NCBI GenBank assembly: GCA_046582885.1 | Contig: JAYGDO010000642.1 | Coordinates: forward strand, 245-64,244 | Direction: 5' to 3' | DNA length: 64,000 nucleotides | Source: Pirellulales bacterium | GTDB taxonomy: Bacteria > Planctomycetota > Planctomycetia > Pirellulales > UBA7805 | Shown: piece by piece, positions 1 to 9,603 of the stretch | Numbering within the stretch: the first letter of the stretch is position 1 | Layout of the letters: every line of letters starts with the position of its first letter | The notes under the pieces: generated by a model | Database searches by the model: none | Seen by the model: only the letters and a program-made list of their open reading frames with translations | Told to the model about the DNA's origin: nothing | Made by a program: the position numbers and the translations under genes

Positions 1-262
1 GCTCGTCGTATTCGACCTTTCGTTCAGTATTCAACAGACAAGTGCGGGCCGACGCGACTTCGTTTAGCAACCGCTGGGCGTCGTTGACATGACCGCCGGT
101 CTGATAGAGCCGCAACTGCGCCATGCGGGAATCGGCGGCGTTGGCAATGACATCGCCGTCTGCTTCGAACAGTTCCACACCCAGCAGCCGATAGTGATTC
201 GGCGGCTGATCCTTGGGTGGAATAGCGAGCCACTTGTAATACGGGTCAAATGCTTCTGGCAT
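1..262 (-). CDS. J-domain-like N-terminal region of a larger protein (start codon in window, body runs off the left edge)
   Basis: My own translation of the minus strand from ATG at 262 gives MPEAFDPYYKWLAIPPKDQPPNHYRLLGVELFEADGDVIANAADSRMAQLRLYQTGGHVNDAQRLLNEVASARTCLLNTERKVEYDE, open to position 1. It is absent from the ORF track because there is no stop in the window. The helix pattern is J-domain-like but there is no HPD tripeptide. Confidence 0.5.
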   Translation of the reverse strand, partial: MPEAFDPYYKWLAIPPKDQPPNHYRLLGVELFEADGDVIANAADSRMAQLRLYQTGGHVNDAQRLLNEVASARTCLLNTERKVEYDE

Positions 263-473
263 CTCTGACGCAACGGCGAAGTTCAAGCTGGGGGAAACTG
301 CAAACCGCTCATTATCCTGCATTGTCCAGGTTATGGCAACCAATGATAAAATGATATCGGGCGGGATTGGCTGGTAGAAATGTCGGTTTGCAGGCTGTTA
401 TACTCGGTGGCCCTGGATGGGGCGACTCAGAGGCGGTTCGCCGTTTCCCGGATTGGACACGGATTCGAACAAG

Positions 474-1061
474 ATGGCCGCAAAGAAAATCCTGATGCTA
501 ATCGGCGACTTCGTAGAAGATTACGAAGTCATGGTTCCCTATCAGATGTTGCTGATGGTGGGCCATCAGGTGGATGCGGTCTGCCCCGATAAATCGGCGG
601 GTGATGTGGTGGCAACTGCAGTCCACGATTTCGAGGGACATCAGACCTACAGCGAAAAACCGGGCCATAATTTCCGATTAAACGCCAATTTTTCCGACGT
701 GCGGCCCGAAGTGTACGATGCGGTGGTGATCCCGGGTGGACGGGCGCCCGAGTACTTGAGGCTGAACGCGCGAATCCTCGAAATTGTGCGGCACTTTGCC
801 GAGGCGGGAAAGCCCATTGCCGCGATTTGCCACGGGCCGCTGCTGCTGTGTGCCGCCGGCGTCGTCGACGGCCGGTCGTGCACCGCTTATCCGGCTCTCC
901 GTCCGGACCTGGAGGCGGCTGGCAGCCGCTGGATCGATCCCGGCGAGGGTTTCGATACCGCGCACGTCGACGGCAATTTCGTCACGGCGCCGGCGTGGCC
1001 TGCGCACCCGGCCTGGATTCGAGCGCTGCTCGACGTGCTCGGCACCTCGGTCACCCCTTAA
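474..1061 (+). CDS. DJ-1/PfpI family protein (intracellular protease/amidase-like)
   Basis: ORF 417..1061, with the start moved to ATG 474 ([13 protein letters not shown]). Shows the DJ-1/PfpI pattern including PGGRAPE and the nucleophile elbow AAICHGP. Confidence 0.85.
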   Translation: MAAKKILMLIGDFVEDYEVMVPYQMLLMVGHQVDAVCPDKSAGDVVATAVHDFEGHQTYSEKPGHNFRLNANFSDVRPEVYDAVVIPGGRAPEYLRLNARILEIVRHFAEAGKPIAAICHGPLLLCAAGVVDGRSCTAYPALRPDLEAAGSRWIDPGEGFDTAHVDGNFVTAPAWPAHPAWIRALLDVLGTSVTP

Positions 1062-1111
1062 GACTCGACGACCTGCAAAACGGATTACGAATAAACTGAA
1101 AAGGAGTCACT

Positions 1112-1741
1112 ATGGTCGAGGTTCAGACGGAGCACGTATTAGTCGTCCCCACCGAGTTATTTCACCGGCTTGGTCACTTTCAAGGCTTCTGCGGCGAGAT
1201 AGAACGCTATTTGGACGACCTGTTCAGTCCCGAGCACACGAGTTATCGGTCCCGCAGCGATGTCGAAGAGGACCCGTCGCTGAAACAACTGATTCCGTAT
1301 TGTATTTTTCTTCATCGTGATGCGGATGGGCAAGAATCCGTTTTCCAATACACGCGGGGCAGCGGCCAGGGCGAATCGCGGCTGCACGCAAAACGCAGCG
1401 TGGGAATTGGCGGGCACATTTCGACCGTTGACGCCGAGGCGGACAGTGACCTACATCCGTATGAAGAAGGCATGCGGCGCGAATTGGATGAAGAAGTGAT
1501 CATTGAGGCGGCGTACCGTCAGCGGTGTGTTGGTCTGATCAACGATGACGAAACGCCTGTCGGGAAAGTACATCTTGGCGTGGTGCACTTGTTTGAGGTC
1601 GAAGGCCAGCAAGTGCGGCCTCGGGAAGCGGACATCACGGAGGCGGGCTTCCGTCCGGTGCGCGAAATTCTGTGCGATCTCGAAGGGTTCGAAACCTGGT
1701 CACAAATCTGTGTCAAGGCGTTGTTCGGCGACGTAAAGTAG
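1112..1741 (+). CDS. Nudix-like (MutT-family) predicted phosphoesterase
   Basis: ORF track. Nudix-box-like stretch GGHISTV...[10 protein letters not shown]. Family assignment is from memory and unverified. Confidence 0.55.
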   Translation: MVEVQTEHVLVVPTELFHRLGHFQGFCGEIERYLDDLFSPEHTSYRSRSDVEEDPSLKQLIPYCIFLHRDADGQESVFQYTRGSGQGESRLHAKRSVGIGGHISTVDAEADSDLHPYEEGMRRELDEEVIIEAAYRQRCVGLINDDETPVGKVHLGVVHLFEVEGQQVRPREADITEAGFRPVREILCDLEGFETWSQICVKALFGDVK

Positions 1742-1878
1742 GACTTGGCGATTCGTGGCTGGTACAATAGATTGACGGCAGGTCGGCTGCAGGCATCCAC
1801 GGCGCCGGCTTCGAATGCGTTCATCTGCCTGTAGCCGTAGTTTCAATTAAGTCTCAACTCGCCGACTGGGTCAGCCCG

Positions 1879-2985
1879 ATGCCGTTTTCAGTCCGCTGTG
1901 ACGGCTGTGGACAAAGCCTGAACGTTCCCGACGACAAGTCCGGAACCCGCCTGCCATGCCCGCGTTGCGGTGCGGAGGTAATGGCCGAGCCGCCCCTCAT
2001 GCCGCCGCCGGTTCCCGGGAGTGGTCCGGCAGCAACCTTGAAGACTCCGGCCACGCCGACCGTTTCGGTCCGCTCGTCCACGCCCGTGGACGCGGGCAGC
2101 GGGGAAAACACTAAATTTGCGACACCGGCGTCGTCGGTGCCGGCCTCGACCGCACCTCCCGTCCGCAGCAGTCAAGTCGCACCTGGATCGGCTACCCCGT
2201 CGCCAACTTCCGCCCCATCGCCGCCGGTTGGTACCACGCCACCGCCGGCGCCACCGCCGCCAAGAAATACGTCGTCGCCCCGCCACGATGCCTCGTCTCC
2301 AGGAGGGGTGGGTTACGAACTGGAAATCCACGAATCGCTGGAACGCGCGGTCAAACTGCAGCGAACTGGCCGCGGTGCCTGGATTGCGCCGCTGGTTCTG
2401 GTATTGCTGACGATCTCTATTCTGGGCGGGTACTTATTCAAAAAATGGACGACGCTCAATCCGGCGTTACCCGCAGTGGAAAAATCCCTCCGCCCCGCGC
2501 CTTCGGCGCTGAAAGAAATGTCACAGCAGACCGGTGCCGGTTACACCTTCTACCTGCCCAGGGGATTCGTTCCCGGTAAGGAGCCGTCCATCGGTAAACT
2601 GCCGGACAGCACGGTCTCGTACTGCTGGGAAGCGCCTCAGGATTCCGAAGACAAGGGCTGCGAATTGCGTATTTGGGTCATTCCCAAAGAGCTCGACCTG
2701 AAAAAACATATGAAAGGACTCGACAATGTAAGCAACTGGATTGGTTACTCGGCCCACGTCTCTGACAAATCTTCCTATCGTCGACTTGGCGGTCGCATGC
2801 TCTGTGTTAACGCGCACGTCGACGGCAGCACCGAACAGTCGACGCGGAGGGGTGTCATTTACCTAATCGTCGACGGCAACCGAACGATTATGGCCCTTGG
2901 CATGGCCGTTGGCGGGAATTGGCAGCAGTTACGATACTGGCTCGACAGCTCGATTAAGTCGATCCGGCGGGCGGAAGACACATGA
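1879..2985 (+). CDS. Zinc-ribbon / proline-rich single-pass membrane protein, function unknown
   Basis: N-terminal CDGCGQ...CPRCG zinc ribbon, a long P/S/T-rich linker, one hydrophobic helix (WIAPLVLVLLTISILGGYLF) and a C-terminal globular part. Its stop overlaps the next gene's start (ATGA at 2982-2985). Confidence 0.6.
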   Translation: MPFSVRCDGCGQSLNVPDDKSGTRLPCPRCGAEVMAEPPLMPPPVPGSGPAATLKTPATPTVSVRSSTPVDAGSGENTKFATPASSVPASTAPPVRSSQVAPGSATPSPTSAPSPPVGTTPPPAPPPPRNTSSPRHDASSPGGVGYELEIHESLERAVKLQRTGRGAWIAPLVLVLLTISILGGYLFKKWTTLNPALPAVEKSLRPAPSALKEMSQQTGAGYTFYLPRGFVPGKEPSIGKLPDSTVSYCWEAPQDSEDKGCELRIWVIPKELDLKKHMKGLDNVSNWIGYSAHVSDKSSYRRLGGRMLCVNAHVDGSTEQSTRRGVIYLIVDGNRTIMALGMAVGGNWQQLRYWLDSSIKSIRRAEDT

Positions 2986-4175
2986 CACCGGTTTACATGG
3001 ACAACCAGTCGACGACGCCAGTCGATCCGCGGGTCGTCGAAGCCATGCTTCCGTATTTGACCGAACATTACGGAAACGCCGGCAGCGTCAGCCATACTTT
3101 TGGCTGGCGGGCGCGAGACGCGGTGGAACGGGCGACGGAGTCCATTGCAAAATCGATTGGTGCGCGGCCTCGAGAGATCGTCTACACGAGCGGCGCTACG
3201 GAAAGCAACAATCTGGCGATCTTCGGCGTCTGCGACCGCCGCCGCCGCAAGGGAGATCACATCGTCAGTATCCGCACCGAGCACAAAGCCGTGCTCGACC
3301 CGCTGAATCGTCTGGCCGAGCGGGGCGGGTTTGAGGTCACTTTGCTCGACGTCGAACCGCAAACAGGTGCCTGCCCCGGGCGGATTGACCTGGATCAGCT
3401 TTGCGACTCAATCCGCGACGATACGGTGCTGGTTTCGGTCATGATGGCCAACAACGAAATCGGCACGATTCAGCCGATCGCGGAAATCGGCCGCATCTGC
3501 AAACAGCGGGAAATCGTTTTTCATTGTGATGCCGCGCAGTCGGTCGGCAAACTGCCCGTCGACGTCGGACAACTCGAGGTGGATCTGCTGAGTTTTAGCG
3601 GACACAAAATTTACGGCCCCCGCGGAATCGGCGCGCTGTACGTGCGGCGGAGGGCGCCGCAAGTACGGCTGGAACCCCAGATTTTTGGGGGCGGACAACA
3701 ATTGGGTTTGCGCAGCGGCACGCTAAATGTCCCGGGAATTGTTGGGCTCGCCGTGGCGTTGGAACTTTGTGCTGAAGAAATGCCGACCGAGACTGACCGG
3801 TTGAGCGAGTTGCGAAATCGCCTGTTCGCCGGTCTTTCCACGTCGTTGTCCGACGTCGCACTGAACGGTCCCGAATTGGTGGATCCAAATTTGCGACTTG
3901 CCGGAAATCTCAACGTGCGATTTGAGTTTGTGGACGGGGAAGCGCTGATGATGAGCATGGGTTCGCTGGCCGTCAGCAGTGGAAGTGCGTGCACATCGGC
4001 CAATCCGGAACCCAGTCACGTCCTTCGGGCGTTGGGGTTGACGGACGATCAGGTTCGTAGCAGCTTGCGGTTTGGCCTAGGCCGGCTCACGACGGCCGAA
4101 GATGTCGAATTCGCGATCCGCGAAATTGCCGGCGGCGTCGAGCGGTTGCGAAAACTCAGCAGCATGGCGAAGTAG
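2982..4175 (+). CDS. iscS: Cysteine desulfurase (IscS/NifS class)
   Basis: Motifs SGATESNNLA, PLP-lysine region SFSGHKIYGPRGIGALY and active-site loop SSGSACTS. The N-terminus is close to IscS (YMDNQSTTPVDPRVVEAM). Confidence 0.9.
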   Translation: MTPVYMDNQSTTPVDPRVVEAMLPYLTEHYGNAGSVSHTFGWRARDAVERATESIAKSIGARPREIVYTSGATESNNLAIFGVCDRRRRKGDHIVSIRTEHKAVLDPLNRLAERGGFEVTLLDVEPQTGACPGRIDLDQLCDSIRDDTVLVSVMMANNEIGTIQPIAEIGRICKQREIVFHCDAAQSVGKLPVDVGQLEVDLLSFSGHKIYGPRGIGALYVRRRAPQVRLEPQIFGGGQQLGLRSGTLNVPGIVGLAVALELCAEEMPTETDRLSELRNRLFAGLSTSLSDVALNGPELVDPNLRLAGNLNVRFEFVDGEALMMSMGSLAVSSGSACTSANPEPSHVLRALGLTDDQVRSSLRFGLGRLTTAEDVEFAIREIAGGVERLRKLSSMAK

Positions 4176-4405
4176 GACGGATTGGTCAAAATCCGGCCGA
4201 GCCGTTGGCAACCTGCCGAAATCCGCAACGCAAGCACGACGCGGGCGGCTCGTCCTTGGAGCCGCTTATGGCCTGTTTGGGAATGGATCGCTGCTGCTTG
4301 CTAGCACGTCGGCAAATCGCCATAGGACGGTAAACGGTGCGGCGTTAAACTCCCGTCTGAAAATACGGCTTTAATCTGCGCTTCGGTGCGCGCAAGGAGG
4401 CGCTC

Positions 4406-5638
4406 ATGGCAGGTCCGTCGCTCCGTTTTGTGCAGGCGGGAGATTTCCATCTGGAATTGCCGTTGCACGGTGTCGCTGAAATTCCCGAAAACCTGCGCGA
4501 CACCTTCATCGAAGCCCCCTATCAGGCCGCCGAAACCGTCTTCGACACCGCGGTTTCCGAGGATGCCGACTTTCTGCTGCTCTGCGGCGACGTGTTGGAT
4601 CCGCATGCTGCGGGCGCCCGAGGCATTTTGTTCTTGCTGGACCACTTCGATCGTCTCGCCGAACATGAAATCCCTGTTTACTGGGTTGGTGGAACCGCCG
4701 ACCCGCCAGATTCCTGGCCGGTTTCCGCTCCATTGCCCGACAACGTTCACGTTTTCCCCCGCGGGAGACCAACCGAAACCGTCGTGCACCGCGGCAAACA
4801 ACCTGTGGCGAGGATTTGTGGAGCTAGTCGTGGCGGCAAGGTATCGATTAAAGCATCGGAATTCGACACCGTGGACGATGGAACCTTTTCGATCGGGATG
4901 GCACACGGCGAGGCGGACGTCCCTGCGATGACGCAGCGTCCCATCGATTATTGGGCGGTGGGCGGCAGACATGTTCGCGGGTCGTTGGCGTCCTCGCCGG
5001 TGACCGTTCATTACAGCGGTACGCCGCAAGGCAGACATCCTGCCGAGGTCGCCGCGCACGGGTGCACGCTGGTTGAAGTGGACGAGTTGCGGAAGACGAC
5101 CACCAGACTGGTTACGACGGACGTAGTCCGCTGGCACCACGAGCATGTGGTTGTCGACGCAGCCACCGATGCACGGCAATTAGAGCAAATGCTCGGCGAC
5201 CGTACGCAGAGGCTGGTGGACGGCGCTGGTCAGCGGCATCTGCTGATCGGTTGGACCATCGCGGGCGAGAGCCCCGTCACACAGCAATTGAGGCTCGGCA
5301 AATTAGCCGACGATATGCTCGCCAGGCTGCGTCGCGGATTCACGCAAAGTACGGCCGCCGTGTGGACGGTTTCGATCGAAGCGGAGTCGACGGACGACTT
5401 TCTCGATGCCTGGTATGAAGAAGACACGATGCTGGGCGAGTTGCTCCGCAATGCGCGATCGCTCGAGCAGGACGCCGCCGAACAGGTCGACCTGGCGCGG
5501 TATATCGGCGACGAATGGGCAGGCACGGAAGTGGAGGCGGCCGTCGAAATCAGCGATTTTGAAACACGAAAAGAAATCTCGCGGCAGGCGGCCATTCTCG
5601 GCAGCGAACTGCTGCGCGGTGACGGGGCGCGATCATGA
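4406..5638 (+). CDS. Metallophosphoesterase, SbcD/YhaO-like DNA repair exonuclease
   Basis: Calcineurin-like phosphoesterase motifs FVQAGDFHLE and CGDVLD. Its stop overlaps the downstream ATPase start (ATGA at 5635-5638). Confidence 0.75.
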   Translation: MAGPSLRFVQAGDFHLELPLHGVAEIPENLRDTFIEAPYQAAETVFDTAVSEDADFLLLCGDVLDPHAAGARGILFLLDHFDRLAEHEIPVYWVGGTADPPDSWPVSAPLPDNVHVFPRGRPTETVVHRGKQPVARICGASRGGKVSIKASEFDTVDDGTFSIGMAHGEADVPAMTQRPIDYWAVGGRHVRGSLASSPVTVHYSGTPQGRHPAEVAAHGCTLVEVDELRKTTTRLVTTDVVRWHHEHVVVDAATDARQLEQMLGDRTQRLVDGAGQRHLLIGWTIAGESPVTQQLRLGKLADDMLARLRRGFTQSTAAVWTVSIEAESTDDFLDAWYEEDTMLGELLRNARSLEQDAAEQVDLARYIGDEWAGTEVEAAVEISDFETRKEISRQAAILGSELLRGDGARS

Positions 5639-8600
5639 GGATTACGGACATTTCGGTTGATGGTTTCGGTTGCTGGAACGGCCTAAAACTTGACAGTCTA
5701 TCGGAGTCACTGACGGTTTTTTTCGGCGCAAACGAAGCTGGTAAATCGACGTTGCTGCAATTTTTACGGGGCATGTTGTACGGCGCGTCTTCGCGCAGCG
5801 GTCGTAATTATATTCCACCGCTCAACGGCGGGCGGCCGGGTGGAAGTCTGAGCCTGGCGACGCGAACCGGCCGCTACACCGTCTGCCGGAAATTCGTCGG
5901 TGGAAAAGGCCGACAGCCCAGCGACAAGGTAACGGTGACCCGTGACGACGGAACCCGCGAACGTGCGGACACGCTGAAAGTGTTGCTCAGTGGTGTTGAC
6001 GAAGCGGTCTATCAAAACGTGTATGCGATTGGACTGCGCGAAATCCAACAACTGGGAACGCTCAGCGATACCGACGCAGCGCAACTGTTGTACGATCTCA
6101 GTGCCGGCCTTGATCGCGTTTCCCTGGTCGACGTGATGCGAGATTTGAAGAGTTCGCGGCAGCAGTTGCTTTCGCCCGACGGCGATCCGTGCGACATCGC
6201 TGAATTGCTCGACGAGCGTCGACGCTTGGCGAGTGAATTGGACGAGCAGCGACAGTCCTTCGGTCGTTATTCGCAATTGTCGGCAGAACGCAGCCAGTTG
6301 GCGGAAGAAATCAAATCGCTCGAGCAGCAGCACTCCGATCGGGAGCATCGTGCACGGGTGACGGAACTGGCGGTTTTGTTGCGAGACAAGTGGCTCGAAC
6401 TGGCCGACTACCGGCACAAATTAGACGACATCGGCTGCGTTGCCACGATTACGGCGGAACAACTTCGGCAGTTTGAGCAACTTGGCGAACAGATTGCCAT
6501 CCAGCAGCGGGATCGGCGTCGGTTAAAAGCAATTCGGCAACGACTGCGGGATCAGGCCGAAGCGATGCCGATCAATCACAAACTCTGTCGACAAGGCCCC
6601 CGCATCGAAGCGCTGGCCGAACAGCGGAATTGGATCGCGTCTATCGAACGTGAAATTGGCGTCGTCGATGCCGACTTCGAATCGTTGCAAGCACAACTGG
6701 CCGCCGAACAAAGCAAGTTAGGCGGGTCGGCGGACCTGGGTGCCGATTCGTACGACAGCCGGATCAATCGTGAGATCTCGAAGCTGCGCGAACCTGCTCG
6801 CGCCGTGCGCGACGCTAAACGTCGCCTGAAGCGGTACGAAGAAAAGACCGCCGGTGAAGGGCCGCTGGATGGATTCGCCGAGGTAGAAGGCGAAACGACC
6901 GCCGCCGGTTCCCAGGCCGAAATCAGCGAGTTCATCGACGCGCTACGAAATCGCATTGAGCTGGATAAAAAACTTGAAAAATTCGCCGAGCGCCAACAGG
7001 ACCTGGAGGAAGAACGCGCCGAGTTGTTGGAAGAACAAGTGATGCCACCGTGGGCTATGTTGATTGCCGGTTGCGTGTTCGTGCTGGGCGTCGTCTTGCT
7101 GTTGGTCAGCCTGTTGATGGCATCGACAGTCGGTAGCGTCGGTTGGGCGCTGTTCTTTCTCGGCGGATTCGGCATCGTTGGCGTGATCGGGTACAAACGC
7201 TTCCGGCAGCTTCGCGCTGAGGAAGAATTAGCAGATTGCCATCGCGAAATAAAAACATTGACGACCAAAGTCAAGGAAGCCGGGGAGGCGCGCGACGCAG
7301 AGGATGCCGAACTGCCGGCCGGCGGCGGGCCGCTGGTGGTGCAACTTCGCCAGGCCGAAAAGGACTTGGCCGTTCTTGAGCAAAGACAATCCGGCAATGG
7401 GCAGTCCGATGTCGCCCGCGAAAAAGTGTCTTATTTGCGACGCGCTTACCAAGAAGCCAAACAATCGTGGCAGCGAGCGCTGCTTGATCTGGGGCTGCCG
7501 GGGAATCTATCGCCCCGCGACGTCCGAGAATTAGCGACAGCCGGCAAGAGGGCCGCCGAGTTACAGGAGCAGTTAGAGTCTCGGCGGGCCGATTCCGAGC
7601 AGCGGCGGAGCGAATTGCATTCGACGACCGCACGCGTCGAACAACTGCTGCAGCAATCGGGACTTGAATCGACAAGCGACAACGTCGTCGACCAAGTCGA
7701 TCAGTTGTGCCGGGTGTGGAGTGAGCAGCAGGATTGGCTCGAGCGGCTTGCGAAATTAAAAGCGGAGGCTCGTACCGCTTCCGCCGAGCAGCACGAAATT
7801 GCCCGGGCGGTTGGAAAAATGAAAACCCGGCGGCAAGCGATGCTGCGCGACGCCGCAGCGGAGGGAATCGAGGACTACCGGCAGCGGGCTCAGGCATACG
7901 CGCAATCGCAAGTCCTCGGGCAGCACAGCGAGCGACTGCAATCCGAAATTGCCACCGCGCTGGCCGGCACGTGTTCCGAAGAGGAACTCGCCGAACAACT
8001 CGACGGCACGACTGCGGAACAACTTGAGCGGCGTTGGGATAAACTCGCGGCCAAACTAGAACAGCTCGACAGTGCCCGCACGGAATGTCTGGAAATGCGG
8101 GGTCGTATCGGAGAACAACTTCGCGGCTTGGCCAGCGATCGTCGTGCGGCCTATAAGCAAATGGAGTTGAGTTGTGTTGAGCGTCGCCTGCAAGACGCCG
8201 TCGCGCGGTGGCGACAGTTGGCGGTCACCGGTTTGCTACTCGATTCGATTCGGCGGCGTTACGAAACCGAGCGCCAGCCGGCGACATTGCACATGGCCTC
8301 GCGGTACATGGAGAGACTCACCGAGGGACGATATTGCCGTATTTGGACACCGCTGGATGAAGACCGGTTACGGGTTGACGACGCGGACGGCGAGACTTTT
8401 TCGACCGATATACTCAGTTCGGGCACCCGGGAACAAATGTTTCTCAGTCTTCGATTGGCACTGGTCACCCTGTACGCGCAGCGGGGGATCAACCTGCCGT
8501 TGGTGCTCGATGACGTGCTGGTTAATTTTGACGAATCGCACGCGGGCGCGGCGGCCAAAATCCTGGCTGAATTTGCCGAGGACGGTCATCAGATACTCGT

Positions 8601-8880
8601 CTTTACGTGTCACGAGCATCTGTTCAAAATTTTTCAACAACTCGATCTTGATGTCCGCCGGTTGCCGTCCAACAACAAGGCAACTGTAAAGGCCAAGCGG
8701 AGGAAAAAGAAGAAGGTCGCACGGGATGCCGACGCGCCGCCCGCAATTTCTGTCATGGCACCTCTCGAGTCGCAACATCCGGAACCGAGCGATGCAGGGG
8801 AAGATACTTGGGAGGTAGACCCGGACGAAGCCCAAGTAGCGGCGGACGACCAGGATGACCACTTGGAACACGCCGCCTAG
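5635..8880 (+). CDS. SMC/Rad50-like AAA ATPase (SbcC/YhaN-like) with a central transmembrane hairpin
   Basis: Walker A GANEAGKSTLLQF. Very long Q/E/R/L-rich coiled-coil-like arms, with two adjacent hydrophobic helices mid-protein (PPWAMLIAGCVFVLGVVLLLVSLL... and VGWALFFLGGFGIVGVIGY). C-terminal signature LSSGTREQ, Walker B LVLDDVLVNFD and FTCHEH. Confidence 0.8.
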   Translation: MRITDISVDGFGCWNGLKLDSLSESLTVFFGANEAGKSTLLQFLRGMLYGASSRSGRNYIPPLNGGRPGGSLSLATRTGRYTVCRKFVGGKGRQPSDKVTVTRDDGTRERADTLKVLLSGVDEAVYQNVYAIGLREIQQLGTLSDTDAAQLLYDLSAGLDRVSLVDVMRDLKSSRQQLLSPDGDPCDIAELLDERRRLASELDEQRQSFGRYSQLSAERSQLAEEIKSLEQQHSDREHRARVTELAVLLRDKWLELADYRHKLDDIGCVATITAEQLRQFEQLGEQIAIQQRDRRRLKAIRQRLRDQAEAMPINHKLCRQGPRIEALAEQRNWIASIEREIGVVDADFESLQAQLAAEQSKLGGSADLGADSYDSRINREISKLREPARAVRDAKRRLKRYEEKTAGEGPLDGFAEVEGETTAAGSQAEISEFIDALRNRIELDKKLEKFAERQQDLEEERAELLEEQVMPPWAMLIAGCVFVLGVVLLLVSLLMASTVGSVGWALFFLGGFGIVGVIGYKRFRQLRAEEELADCHREIKTLTTKVKEAGEARDAEDAELPAGGGPLVVQLRQAEKDLAVLEQRQSGNGQSDVAREKVSYLRRAYQEAKQSWQRALLDLGLPGNLSPRDVRELATAGKRAAELQEQLESRRADSEQRRSELHSTTARVEQLLQQSGLESTSDNVVDQVDQLCRVWSEQQDWLERLAKLKAEARTASAEQHEIARAVGKMKTRRQAMLRDAAAEGIEDYRQRAQAYAQSQVLGQHSERLQSEIATALAGTCSEEELAEQLDGTTAEQLERRWDKLAAKLEQLDSARTECLEMRGRIGEQLRGLASDRRAAYKQMELSCVERRLQDAVARWRQLAVTGLLLDSIRRRYETERQPATLHMASRYMERLTEGRYCRIWTPLDEDRLRVDDADGETFSTDILSSGTREQMFLSLRLALVTLYAQRGINLPLVLDDVLVNFDESHAGAAAKILAEFAEDGHQILVFTCHEHLFKIFQQLDLDVRRLPSNNKATVKAKRRKKKKVARDADAPPAISVMAPLESQHPEPSDAGEDTWEVDPDEAQVAADDQDDHLEHAA

Positions 8881-8941
8881 AGATTTTTGAATAGCGGATC
8901 CTAGGATGGTTTAATTCCAATAAGGAGTGCAACACAGACAG

Positions 8942-9445
8942 ATGGCCAGTTTGATTCAGAAACTGATTTCCGGCGGTCAAACCGGAGTCGATCGCGGAGC
9001 ACTGGACGTAGCAATTCAATTGAATATCCCGCACGGAGGCTGGTGTCCGCGCGACCGCCGTGCCGAGGATGGTCAAATACCACGGCAATATCAACTGACG
9101 GAAACCGAGTTGGCGGACTATAAGGAGCGCACCGAGCGGAATGTCATCGACTCGGATGCCACGCTGATTCTGGTTCGCGGTCCGCTTAGTGGCGGTACAT
9201 TTATGACGCACGCATTTGCGACGGACCACGGCAAACCGCTGCATGTCGTCGATCTTTACGCGCTCACCTCCGGGCAAAGTCGCAGTGCCAGCCTGCAGCA
9301 GGCACGGCAATGGATTCAGCAAACGGACGTCGATGTGCTCAACGTCGCCGGGCCCCGCGAGAGTCAAAACGAGGGAATTGCGGCCGAAGCCGCGGCCTAC
9401 TTGGTCAGCCTGCTGAATGGAAACGGTAACGGCAAACATTCGTAA
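8942..9445 (+). CDS. SLOG-fold protein of the putative molybdenum-carrier / YpsA-like family
   Basis: SGGQTGVDRGALDVA motif and an overall Rossmann-like pattern. AAGGAG at 8922-8927. ATG 8942 preferred over GTG 8927. Confidence 0.6.
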   Translation: MASLIQKLISGGQTGVDRGALDVAIQLNIPHGGWCPRDRRAEDGQIPRQYQLTETELADYKERTERNVIDSDATLILVRGPLSGGTFMTHAFATDHGKPLHVVDLYALTSGQSRSASLQQARQWIQQTDVDVLNVAGPRESQNEGIAAEAAAYLVSLLNGNGNGKHS

Positions 9446-9603
9446 GCGGCCGTGCCGATTGCCGCCGCCGTTCCGTTAAAGAACACCGATCTAGTAATCG
9501 TCGTGATGCAAAGCCCCTGTTTGCATAGCGGCATTTATACAGTGGACGGCATCACCGGTCTGGCTGCCGGTACGCACAGGTTCAAATTAGCCTGCGGGGA
9601 GCA

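Noticed and set aside
455-470. GGATTCGAAC, the reverse complement of a tRNA T-loop consensus
   Set aside because: A minus-strand tRNA here would have to extend into the DJ-1/PfpI coding region. I could build no acceptor or anticodon stems, so I treat it as coincidental.
4301-5179. 292-aa minus-strand ORF
   Set aside because: It is antisense to the SbcD/YhaO-like gene, which has clear phosphoesterase motifs, and it has Arg-rich shadow-ORF composition.
6576-7397. 273-aa minus-strand ORF (and the similar 7271..7897)
   Set aside because: Both are antisense to the coiled-coil region of the SMC-like ATPase. They are Ser/Ala/Arg-rich shadow ORFs.
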